Source of the DNA: an uncultured Methanosarcinaceae archaeon
Lineage (GTDB): Archaea; Halobacteriota; Methanosarcinia; Methanosarcinales; Methanosarcinaceae
Length of the DNA stretch: 64,000 nt
Direction: 5' to 3'
NCBI GenBank assembly: GCA_963733675.1
Contig: CAVTET010000001.1
Location: 864,001 to 928,000, forward strand
Under the pieces are notes generated by a model. The model ran no database searches, was not told where the DNA came from, and was given only the letters and a program-made list of their open reading frames with translations. Numbering within the stretch: position 1 is the stretch's first letter; each line of letters starts with the position of its first letter. This document shows, in pieces, positions 21,852 through 32,767 of this stretch. The translations under genes were made by a program, and so were the position numbers.

Positions 21852-22181
21852 CTATTTCCAAATTTCATCAGTTCTTACTTTTGCCACCATTTCAACAGGT
21901 AGGATAAATATCTTTCCATCGCCGAATTTTCCTGTCCTTCCAGCAGCTCGTATTGTTGAAATAATAGTATCTACTTCTTGGTCTTTTACTACTATCTCAA
22001 GCATAATCTTCGGTAGTGTATCGACTTCAACTTTTTTCCCTCTATGTTCGAGGGTTATGCCTTTCTGCTCCCCTCTTCCAGTTATCTCAAAAATGCTCAT
22101 GGCAATGAACCCCTTTTCTTCGAGAGCCTTTTTTACATTATCCATTTTCTCTGCCCGTATTATTGCTTGTACCATCTTCAT
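21852..22181 (-). CDS. glnK: PII nitrogen regulatory protein (stand-alone GlnK2-type)
   Basis: AIIR, TGRGEQKG, RTGKFGDGKIFILPVE, KVRTDE motifs. Confidence 0.92.
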   Translation of the reverse strand: MKMVQAIIRAEKMDNVKKALEEKGFIAMSIFEITGRGEQKGITLEHRGKKVEVDTLPKIMLEIVVKDQEVDTIISTIRAAGRTGKFGDGKIFILPVEMVAKVRTDEIWK

Positions 22182-22313
22182 AGAATCAACTTCCTTTTAC
22201 TTAATCGCTATATCTCCCAATGAATGTTATTTTCAGTTATAAGTCTTTATAGATCTCCAAAATGTGATATCTCAAATTTATTTTACCAATCAAGTAATTA
22301 TGCTTATTATAGT

Positions 22314-22672
22314 CTACTTAATGCAAAAACTTACATTTTTTAGGTTTCTTACCTTGAAAAGGTTAACCTTGGAGAAGCTGATCTCATAAAATCTAACCTT
22401 AAAAAGGTTAGCCTCCTTAAGATTAGCTCCTTCAAGGTTAGTTTTTTCAAAGTGAGTCTTCTTCAAGATTAGCTTCTTTAAGGTTGGCTCCCTTAAAATT
22501 AGCTTTTTCAAGATTAGCCTATCTAAGTTTCGCTCACACAAAATTAGCTTTTTCAAGGTTAATCTATTCAAGATGAGCTCCCATAAAAGCTAGTCCCTTT
22601 AATGTTAGTTTCTTTCAGGTTAGCCTCTTAAGGCTATCTACCTCAAGGTTAATTTCTGTAAGGTCCATCATG
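22314..22672 (-). pseudogene. Degenerate pentapeptide-repeat protein
   Basis: 15-bp periodicity (GCTAATCTT..); TNLEGANLKEANLFK in one frame, shifted frames elsewhere. Confidence 0.7.
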
Positions 22673-24410
22673 CAATAACCCATTTCATTTACCACGAATT
22701 TTTGTTCTTTATCGATCGTGAACTAAAAACACTATCATGTTAGGAAGATATATTCTGCTGAGTGGTAGGCAATTCTACGCATCACTCTAATAGATATGCA
22801 GATGGCTGTAGCTGAGCAAAGGAAATTCTGGACTGTAAGCTCAGTCATCTGGGTAAAATAACTTGCTGCTGTTTCACTGCTATAAATCTATCAGTCTGTG
22901 TTACTAAAAACTCGTTGCGGTGTTGATGGCAAAGCTCAGGTAAAAAGCCCAAATTTTTGTGGGTTTTGGGGCAGAAAATCTGGAAGAAGAATTAGAAAGA
23001 GAATTACAAAACCTCTATCATTGGAAATAGCACATCTCGCGAGTAGCCCAGCTCTCCCTCTTCTTTATCAGAAATCATGGGTATATGGCTCATATGAAGT
23101 ATTATAATCATAATCAAGACTCTTCATCTACCATTTTTCAATATCTTCGTTAGCTCACTTTTTATAAGATTCTGCAAGTACACATGATCATAAGATCCTT
23201 TTTGTGCACTTTTTGTCCTCCAAGTTTATGTTGACAAGTATGCAGTGTGTATTTTTGTCTGTACATGCAATATCGAGGAGAAAATAACTGCAGCGATTGT
23301 CAGTCATATTTTTTTTATGATGTTAGTATCCAGTTTTACTTATCCTGCTAATTAGTCAGTTTAGGGTCTATTCGAAATCCAACTCATCATTATCCTCAAT
23401 TTATCTCTGTTGAATCAAGTACAAATTTTATCTACTTTCCATGAGAGCAATCGGAAAGCGTCTTGAAACTTAAGTGTAAATATTTTATTCTTCATTAAGT
23501 TCAACTTTCCTAAAAATTTATAAAAACGTCACATAACAATTGATAAATGAATTTTTCATTTGTGTATATCTATAGACTGCACAAAGAAAATTGTAAGTAA
23601 GTGTGAAAAAATATGAACACTGAAGTAAAATGTATGACATTTACATTTATAAAATCAGTTCAGGAAGTTTTTAACTGTTTCCTATTATTAGTTAAAGTTT
23701 TCTGAATTTTAAATATCTAGTTGATCCCAACACTTATTTTACTCTAAATAAGCTGATACAATCACTCAAAATTTGCTTCTCGAATCTTATATCCGAATAA
23801 TCGATCAAAATAGTTTCGAGGATTAGCTTGCTTGTAAGTATCTATCACTAATTGTGTTACCTATTAGATTGTGGGATGAAATAGGTTTTAGATTCGAATA
23901 AGAATATCATTACAAGCAAGCAATAACTCCTTTTCTTATAATACTAGTTATATTTATCTCAATATGAAAAACTCAGTACTGAATATGCGAAACAAGTGCA
24001 ATAAAGACTATTGTTTAAATTTATATTTGGATAGTTAAAGGCTTAACGCTTCTGATATTCAGTTCAATTGTGTTGGCCCTAATATTTTCATATATTCTAT
24101 ATTCCAAAAATACACACAATTATTTAATTTATTTACTAATTTACTCAATGTTCTCCATCAAAGAGTTATATGCATTTTTTTTAATTGTAACCTATCGAGA
24201 AATAGGTAGTATTAATTTAGATTTTTTTCTTACGATAAAATTTCAGAATATGTATATTTATATAGATAAATTATCATACGCTTTCCGTTCGCCGCTTCAA
24301 ACTAGATGTCATTTTTAAATATTGCGTTATCTTCTCATCCTCAATAATATCATGTTATCTAACAAAATCCAGACAGTGAGTGAAAAAATAAAACGAAGAG
24401 TGAAATAAAA

Positions 24411-26392
24411 ATGCAAGATATTAGAATCTATACTCAGAAATTGAAAACTTTAATTATAGGAAAACCCCATAACCCGTTTGATTCAAACATTTTTCATAAA
24501 CTTTCACTGATAGCACTTTTTGCGTGGGTTGGCCTCGGATCTGATGCAATGTCTTCTGCATCATATGGTCCTGAAGAAGCATATTTGGCACTGGAAGGAT
24601 ATATTTATCTCGCTATATTTGTAGCAATGGGAATTATATTAACAATTTTTGTAATTAGTACGAGCTATTCGCAAATAGTTGAATTATTTCCTACTGGGGG
24701 TGGTGGATATTTAGTTGCAAGTAAATTGCTGTCTCCATATCTTGGGATGCTCTCTGGTTGTGCACTCCTAATAAATTATGTACTTACAATTGCTATTTCG
24801 ATTGCAAGTGATGTAGATGCCATATTAAGTTTCCTACCAATAAGTTGGCAAATATTCAAATTGTGGTTTGCATTTTTTGTGATTATACTAATTATCCTAT
24901 TGAATTTGAGAGGGATAAAAGAATCAGTGTTATCTTTAGTACCTATATTTGCATTATTTGTAATTACACACGCTATCGTAATAATATATGCTTTTTCTAT
25001 CCACCTCAAGGACGCATCAACAGTTATGAATAGAATAGTACTATTACAGATGTCCATAATGTGACATCTGGAATGGGATTTGCAGCATTGCTTTTTATTA
25101 TCCTCCATTCATATAGCATGGGTGCAGGAACATATACAGGAATTGAGGCTGTAAGTAATGCAGTACCAGTCTTGAGAGAACCTAGAGTGAAAACGGCTAA
25201 GAGGACCATGCATCTCATGGCTATTTCTCTTGCATTCATGGCAGCAGGGTTACTGTTTGCATATATATTTTACAATGTAGTTCACGAGCCAGGAAAAACT
25301 CTGAATGCCGTACTATTTGAGAATGTTGCAAAGTCCTGGGGGACTTTCGGTGAATATTTTGTAGTAGCAACTCTCATATCAGAAGCAGGATTATTATTTG
25401 TAGCAGCACAGACTGGATTTTTAGATGGGCCTCGAGTCTTGGCAAATATGGCGCTAGACCGATGGGTTCCGACTAAGTTCGCAACGCTGAGTGATAGATT
25501 TGTGACACAAAATGGTATATTAATAATGGGTAGCTCAGCGTTAATTATGGTTTTCCTTACCCAAGGATCGGTTGAACTCTTGGTAATACTTTATAGTATA
25601 GCAGTTTTCATAACATTCATTCTATCCCAGGCAGGAATGGTTCGCCATTGGTGGAAGTCCAAAGCAAAAATAAAAGATTGGAAGAAAAAATTAATTATCA
25701 ATGGTGTGGGACTGTTTCTGACAGTTTTGATATTAATATCAGTGATAATGGTTAAGTTCAATGAAGGCGGATGGATAACATTGTTTATTATTGCAGTTTT
25801 TGTTGGAGTTGTTCTTGTTATAAGGCACCATTATGAATATGCTTCAAAACTTATTAAAGAGTTGAATGCCAAAATCATCGATTTTTCAAAATGTGAGGAT
25901 ATTGTCAAGAATGATACCCCTGATAAAGTTGATATGCAAGATAAGACTGCAGTATTACTTGTAAACGGTTTTGATGGTTTGGGGATTCATACACTCTCCA
26001 ATCTGTTCAAATTGTTTGGTGGAATATACAAAAATTTTGTATTTGTACAAATTGGTGTAATCGATGCTGGAGTGTTTAAAGGAGTAGAAGAAATTAAAGG
26101 ACTTCAAGTTGAGGTAAATAAGGATGTAGATAAATATATAAGATTAATTTCATCATATGGTTATTATGCAGAAAGTTTCACTTCAATTGGTACTGATGTT
26201 GTTCATGAAATAGTAACGCTGGCACCAAATATCTTGACAAAATTTCCTAATGCTGTATTCTTTGGTGGACAGATTGTCTTTCCAAACGATTCCATGGTTA
26301 CAAGATGGCTCCATAATTATACCGTCTTCTCATCACAGAGAAAGCTATACACGGATGGGATTCCATTTGTAGTTTTGCCAATCAAGGTATAG
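24411..26392 (+). pseudogene. KimA-like APC-family K+ transporter, split by a 5-bp duplication
   Basis: DAMSSASYGPEE, SYSQIVELFPTGGGGY, TGIEAVSN motifs; AATAG duplicated at 25029-25038; removing one copy fuses the two ORFs. Confidence 0.85.
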
Positions 26393-26812
26393 GTTTATGC
26401 TATTGCAATCACAGGATTATATATGGATAAAGATTCTTAATTGTATTTGTAATAAAATTTCCTTTATTTGATACTGTTAATCATGTTAAGGTAGAGGCCC
26501 CAAGGCGATCTCCAAGCAAAATACCATAACTTAGGTTTTTATCAATTGTATTATTAAAAATTTGAAGATTATTTTATCCATCTTAAACAATATCTCTCTA
26601 TCAACAGAAAATTTTATTTGATTTCGGCATTCTCTCAAAATTAACGATCAAATAATTCAATACAACAATGGCTGTTAAAAATTATTTTATCAGTATCTAT
26701 AAGTCATATCGTAAACTCAAAGCAAGAGTATATAAGCCCATGAAAATATGTCTAAACTGCAGCATTTATACCATATTTCTTGGGGTTGATTTTTTCATAA
26801 GTGTGAACCAAA

Positions 26813-27985
26813 GTGAACTATCACTCAGCTGAAACCAAGTGGACTTTTCGGTTCATTCCTTTCTCTTTTGAGAACAAGTTCCCAAATCCATCCCCCCATT
26901 CCACAGATGTCAGATTCCAATTTTATTTTGATCAATGAGAGTGAATTTTTGATGTTAGTCGCAACGTTAATGTCCTTCATGTTTTGTCTTGCAATCAGAA
27001 CATTTCTATTCTCTATTTTGTAGTTTAGCTAGAGTTATGATATCCACAAACATAACAGATCTTAGCTAATGGTTTAAATTTACCTATCCTAATAATGGTT
27101 TATTCTGACCATTCTTAGGAAGCTTAATAGTATTGTTTTCAAAATCCGCATTGTAGTTTTGTGGTATCGAGGATGACTGAATTAGATTCTTCCTTGATTT
27201 GAATTTAGGAAAACCATCATTTTTCGAAAAAATTTAGTGATTGCAGATTCTACTTACTTAGTCATACCCTGAAGTGATTGGAAATTGACTTCTCATAACC
27301 ACGGATTTTGGTTTTTTAGATTAGAAATTAGTTTGTTTAAATCAAATCTAGTAATCGATTTCCTGATTTGCTCACCTGTTTTTACTTTCTGAATAAGCGC
27401 ACAATTATAGACAAATTTACAACTACCAATATGTTGATTAAGTTGGTTAGATTGGTAATTGTTGGATATAACCCAAACTTGAATGCTTTCATGACAAAAT
27501 ATGTGTCGTACTTTAGCAATACATTTTACTTTTTGGTGAATAAAAGGTATGGACACAAGAATTATAGCAAATTTTTGTTAATGTATCACATTACATTCAT
27601 ATGCAAGTATCATAAAAGATATGAGAACAGTTTGATTAAGAACTCAAACAGCTTATTCATTAAATTAGAAAAGATGGTGATTTTGAAATACTAGGAATGG
27701 ATACGAACAAAAACCACATCCATCTACTCGTTAAGAGTGAGACAAGAGTAAGCACTCTTGCTATACTCTAAAACTGAAACAAGAGACAACAATTGATCTA
27801 TGGATAACTCAAAAAGATTATGCGAAAAAATAATCTTGGAAAGAACATACACTATAGAATATTGGATATTTCGCATTTTCTAACTGCAATATTAGCAAAT
27901 AAACAGCTGAAAATACATACTAAACCAAAATTAAAGTTGAAGCCTATATCCACTGGCTGAAGATTCAATGGTTTTAAGATTTATC
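26813..27985. mobile_element. IS200/IS605-family relic (divergent tnpB and tnpA, both decayed)
   Basis: Minus strand MKAFKF.LYP...NQHIGSCKFVYN (TnpB N-terminus, ATG 27492) with large deletion and RE ...TAGTTCAC ending 26813; plus strand KFLLMYHITFICKY...NHIHLLVKSE (TnpA HUH motif); subterminal hairpin near 27950. Confidence 0.85.
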
Positions 27986-28178
27986 CTATTAATATGGATA
28001 TTTATGAATATTGATTTTTTTGTTGTGTACTAGAAGTGTTCATTATAGTTAGCGCATCTTTGAGCATGTCAAATACAAAAAAAATTAAAAAAAATAAGAA
28101 GTATTTTAGTTATAATTTCTTACTTTACTAATATTCACTTCTAGTAAACAAAGCCTAAATATATTGTACCTATTGTTC

Positions 28179-28224
28179 ATGTTTTGACTTATCAGCGATC
28201 GAGATCGCTGATAAGTCAAAACAT
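28179..28224. terminator. Perfect 22-bp inverted repeat just 3' of a small peptide gene
   Basis: ATGTTTTGACTTATCAGCGATC-GA-GATCGCTGATAAGTCAAAACAT. Confidence 0.7.
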
Positions 28225-28230
28225 TCATTT

Positions 28231-28551
28231 TCACCAACCGTTGTCAGCTATGACAGCTTGCGGCAGGTAATTCAAGGCCTCGTTCCACGCGCACCCGTAT
28301 GGTCCGCAAATGACATCGCTATCCCCGCTCATTCCATAAGGAGCTGGTGGATAAGATCCAAAAGGACCTCCCCAACCAGGTCCGCCCCAGCCATCATGAC
28401 CGCCACCGCCATGCCCATGATCCCCATGACCACCTGAACCACCTGCGGCTGTCACTGTAATCGCTGTTAATGGAACTACTGTACAGACTAGCATGAGAAT
28501 GCCAAGTATTTTTATTTTATCATATTTTTGTTTACCCATATTTGTATACAC
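28231..28551 (-). CDS. Small secreted Gly/His/Trp-rich protein
   Basis: Signal peptide ending VTA, then GGHGDHGHGGGGHDGWGGPGWGGP and ICGPYGC; start may be ATG 28539. Confidence 0.7.
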   Translation of the reverse strand: MYTNMGKQKYDKIKILGILMLVCTVVPLTAITVTAAGGSGGHGDHGHGGGGHDGWGGPGWGGPFGSYPPAPYGMSGDSDVICGPYGCAWNEALNYLPQAVIADNGW

Positions 28552-29170
28552 TCCGAACTTTTGTTCCGTTTGATATTATTTTTTTAAGACTGTTGGCTTT
28601 TCAATTTACTTCTAATCGGCAAGTGCATTGATAATATCAATATATAATTAGATATGCCAACAAGCATATATGTAAAATTATTTTTGAATATATATTCATA
28701 TTAGTTTATTTGTAGACTCAAATAAATCTAAATTAGATTATATGATCATTCTAAGTCATGTTTTATAAAATATAGTGAAATTTCAATCAGAAACTATTGT
28801 TAAGTAGAAAATATTCTTGATGAAAATCGAATCAGTAATACAATTTTTAATTTTTATATCATAAAATCTAGTAACTATTCAGCCTACCTCTAAAAGTTGG
28901 TCGTATCTATTTTGATATGATAGATATCTTTGACTGCTAATGAATGGGAAAATAAAACATGATCAATAGACATAGTTATGTAAACTAAATTCACCTAAAA
29001 CTGCTAAGTAAATTTTGGTAAAAATGATTACAGATATTGTTTTGGCAAGGTTGAATAGTTACAATGTTCAACTAATTTTCAAAAAACGATTACATAAAAC
29101 ATGTTCTTTTTAAAATATCTTTGGAAATTTGGATATAAAAATTCTTTAAATGTTTGGTGTGTGCGTTTAT

Positions 29171-29221
29171 ACGAAAGTTATTTATAATATTAAACTAGAC
29201 ATAGGATACCTTTTTCCGGTA
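29171..29221 (+). promoter_or_regulatory. nif promoter (BRE/TATA) with NrpR operator ACC-N7-GGT
   Basis: CGAAAG-TTATTTATAA at 29172-29187; TACC-TTTTTCC-GGTA at 29207-29221, matching the Methanosarcina NrpRI box. Confidence 0.8.
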
Positions 29222-29239
29222 ATCGGTGAAAGCAGGTAA

Positions 29240-30076
<837 letters not shown>

Positions 30077-30096
30077 TTAATGCAGAGGGAATAAAA

Positions 30097-30414
30097 ATGC
30101 AAATGATACGCGCAATAATTAGGCCAGGCATGGAATCTAAAGTTATCGAAAGTCTTGAAAAAAGAGGCTGCATTTCTCTGACCAAGATGGAAGTCTTCGG
30201 AAGAGGGAAACAAAAGGGGATTCATATAGCAGACATCCACTACGATGAACTGCAGAAGATCATGCTCATGATGGTAGTCGAAGACGAACACAAGGACACA
30301 GTTATACAGGCCATAATGGAATCAGCGAGGACTGGAAAGTATGGAGACGGAAGAATTTTCGTAAATCCAGTTGAAGAAGCTTACACCATAAGGAGTGGAA
30401 AACCCGGACTTTAA
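30097..30414 (+). CDS. nifI1: PII-like nitrogenase regulator NifI1
   Basis: [18 protein letters not shown]; position after nifH. Confidence 0.95.
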   Translation: MQMIRAIIRPGMESKVIESLEKRGCISLTKMEVFGRGKQKGIHIADIHYDELQKIMLMMVVEDEHKDTVIQAIMESARTGKYGDGRIFVNPVEEAYTIRSGKPGL

Positions 30415-30439
30415 AGCCAGATTTTCGGAGGATAATCCT

Positions 30440-30769
30440 GTGAAAGAGATTACGGCAAAAATTAGCATGAACAAAGTCCAAAAAACTAAAGATGCTCTCC
30501 TTGAATGTGGCTGCCCTTCGTTTACGGTAAGGAGAGTTATGGGTCACAGGAAGCGAAAAGGTCTCTGCTTTGAGTTTGACTCCCCTCTGCAGAATCCTAA
30601 AAAAGAAGAAACAGAAAAATGCATCCGCTTCATTCCAAAAAGGATATTTAACATCGTAGTAGACGAAGCAAGTGTAAGCGAAGTGGTTCAAAAAATAATT
30701 GAAGTAAATCACACCGAGGAATGGAAAGCCCGGGATTTAAAGCCAGATTCTCGGAGGACAATCCCATGA
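30440..30769 (+). pseudogene. nifI2: Truncated duplicate of nifI2 (open 109-codon frame with foreign C-terminus)
   Basis: Colinear with 30766-31040; GTG start after GGAGG; lacks GDGKIF/RIR; its stop overlaps the next ATG. Confidence 0.8.
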
Positions 30770-31146
30770 AAGAGATAACAGCAATAATCAGAATGAACAA
30801 AGTTCAGAAAACTAAAGATGCTCTCCTTGAATGTGGCTTTCCCTCGTTTACCGTAAAGAGGGTAATGGGCCATGGAAAGCAAAAAGGGCTATGCTTTGAG
30901 TTTGATCCACCCCTTGCAGAACCTAAGAAAAAAGAGGATGAAAATTGTATCCGTTTCATTCCAAAAAGGATGTTTACCATCGTGGTGGAAGATGCAAGCG
31001 TAAAAGAAGTGGTTCAAAAAATAATCGAAGTAAACCAGACTGGGCATGTAGGAGACGGAAAGATTTTTGTTTCAAAAATTAGTGAAGCGCTCCGTATCCG
31101 GACTGGGGAAAGCGGAGAAACGACCGTTACTAAGGAGTTGATGTAA
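30766..31146 (+). CDS. nifI2: PII-like nitrogenase regulator NifI2
   Basis: [12 protein letters not shown]...IPKR...[12 protein letters not shown]...RIRTGESGE; GGAGG RBS. Confidence 0.95.
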   Translation: MKEITAIIRMNKVQKTKDALLECGFPSFTVKRVMGHGKQKGLCFEFDPPLAEPKKKEDENCIRFIPKRMFTIVVEDASVKEVVQKIIEVNQTGHVGDGKIFVSKISEALRIRTGESGETTVTKELM

Positions 31147-32745
31147 ATGGGAGCTGAAATAGATCAGAGAATTGAGGGCAAACAGCAGCTTGTAGATAAT
31201 ATGCTGAAAGTGCTCCCTGAAAAAGCTGCAAAGAACCGGAGAAAGCATATTGTTGTCAGGGACTGCTCGATTGAACAGCATATTGAAGCTGATGAGAAGG
31301 TAATTCCAGGAATCCTCACAAACCGTGGCTGTGCCTTTGCTGGCTCCAAAGGAGTAGTCTTCGGACCAATAAAAGATATGGTTCATCTGGTGCATGGCCC
31401 TATTGGGTGCGCATACTTCACTTGGGGAACCAGACGAAATTTTGCAAAGGCAGAAGAAGGAGAAGACAATTTCCTCAACTACTGCGTGTGCACAGATATG
31501 AAGGAAACTGATATCGTTTTCGGCGGTGAAAAAAAACTTAAGAAAGCTATTGATGAGGTTGTGAAGATATTCAAGCCTGGAGCTATAAGTATCTCTGCAA
31601 CCTGTCCTGTAGGGCTAATAGGAGATGATATCGAATCTGTTGCCAGGGAAGCTGAAAAGCAGTATGGGATCAAGGTAATTCCTTCCCGCTGTGAAGGATA
31701 CAGGGGGGTAAGCCAGTCGGCAGGGCACCACATTGCAAGTAATTCCTTGATGGAACATCTAATCGGAACCGAAGAACTTGAAAATCCTACTCCCTTTGAC
31801 ATCAATATATTCGGAGAATACAATATTGGAGGAGACTTATGGGAAATCAAGCCAATTCTTGAAAAAATAGGCTATAAGATAGTCTCGACTTTCACGGGAG
31901 ATGGGTCATTCCATAAACTTGCAAAAGCTCATAAAGCAAAGCTCAGCATCCTGCTCTGCCACCGTTCCATCAACTATACGAATCGGATGATGGAAGAAAA
32001 ATACGGGGTCCCTTGGCTGAAGGTAAACTATGTGGGTACCAAAGGTACAGCTAAATCTCTTCGGAAAATGGCAGAGTTCTTTGATGACCCTGGACTCACT
32101 AAGAAAACTGAAGAAATCATTGCTGAAGAAAAAGCAAAATACCAGGGTGATATTGAAAAATACAGGAAAAAACTTCAGGGCAAATCTGTCTTTATCTATG
32201 CAGGAGGTTCAAGGAGTCATCACTATGTGAACCTCTTCGAAGAACTCGGCATGAAAATAGTTGTTGCAGGATACCAATTTGCCCATAGGGATGACTATGA
32301 AGGCCGACGGATCATTCCAGAGATAAAGCAAGGAGCTTTGGGTTCCATACTCGAGGACGTACATTATGAGAGGGATGAAAATGTTGAACCTGCGGTCAGT
32401 AAGGAGAGGATTGAAGAGCTGAAAAAGAAAATTGGGCTCATGGACTATGAAGGCCTTTTACCTGAAATAAAGGATGGAACAATCGTAGTTGATGATCTCA
32501 ATCATCACGAGACCGAAGCTCTTGTAAAGGCCCTCAAACCTGCCCTCTTCTGTTCAGGGATCAAGGACAAGTATTGGGCCCAAAAGCTCGGAATCCCATC
32601 ACGACAGATTCATTCCTATGACTATAGCGGACGATATACAGGCTTTTCAGGGGTTTTAAATTTCGCAAGAGATATTGACATGGCTCTGCACAGCCCGACC
32701 TGGAGGTTTATATGCCCGCCTTGGAAAGCTGGAGTAGTAGATTAA
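31147..32745 (+). CDS. nifD: Nitrogenase MoFe protein alpha chain
   Basis: RGCAFAG, HGPIGC, TCPVGLIGDD, LLCHRS, QIHSYDY; Clostridium/Methanosarcina-type insertion. Confidence 0.98.
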   Translation: MGAEIDQRIEGKQQLVDNMLKVLPEKAAKNRRKHIVVRDCSIEQHIEADEKVIPGILTNRGCAFAGSKGVVFGPIKDMVHLVHGPIGCAYFTWGTRRNFAKAEEGEDNFLNYCVCTDMKETDIVFGGEKKLKKAIDEVVKIFKPGAISISATCPVGLIGDDIESVAREAEKQYGIKVIPSRCEGYRGVSQSAGHHIASNSLMEHLIGTEELENPTPFDINIFGEYNIGGDLWEIKPILEKIGYKIVSTFTGDGSFHKLAKAHKAKLSILLCHRSINYTNRMMEEKYGVPWLKVNYVGTKGTAKSLRKMAEFFDDPGLTKKTEEIIAEEKAKYQGDIEKYRKKLQGKSVFIYAGGSRSHHYVNLFEELGMKIVVAGYQFAHRDDYEGRRIIPEIKQGALGSILEDVHYERDENVEPAVSKERIEELKKKIGLMDYEGLLPEIKDGTIVVDDLNHHETEALVKALKPALFCSGIKDKYWAQKLGIPSRQIHSYDYSGRYTGFSGVLNFARDIDMALHSPTWRFICPPWKAGVVD

Positions 32746-32767
32746 GGAGAGGAAAGGAGAGGAAAAA

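Noticed and set aside
22690-23420. ORF 22898-23107 and similarity to 16835-17200
   Set aside because: Probably very old IS debris (shared CATATGA...TTCATCTACC motif); family and boundaries cannot be supported
30395-30765. ORF-track N-terminal extensions [15 protein letters not shown] / [15 protein letters not shown] on nifI2
   Set aside because: They are alternate-frame readings of the nifI1 tail and intergenic spacer; GGAGG RBS sites place the starts at 30440 and 30766
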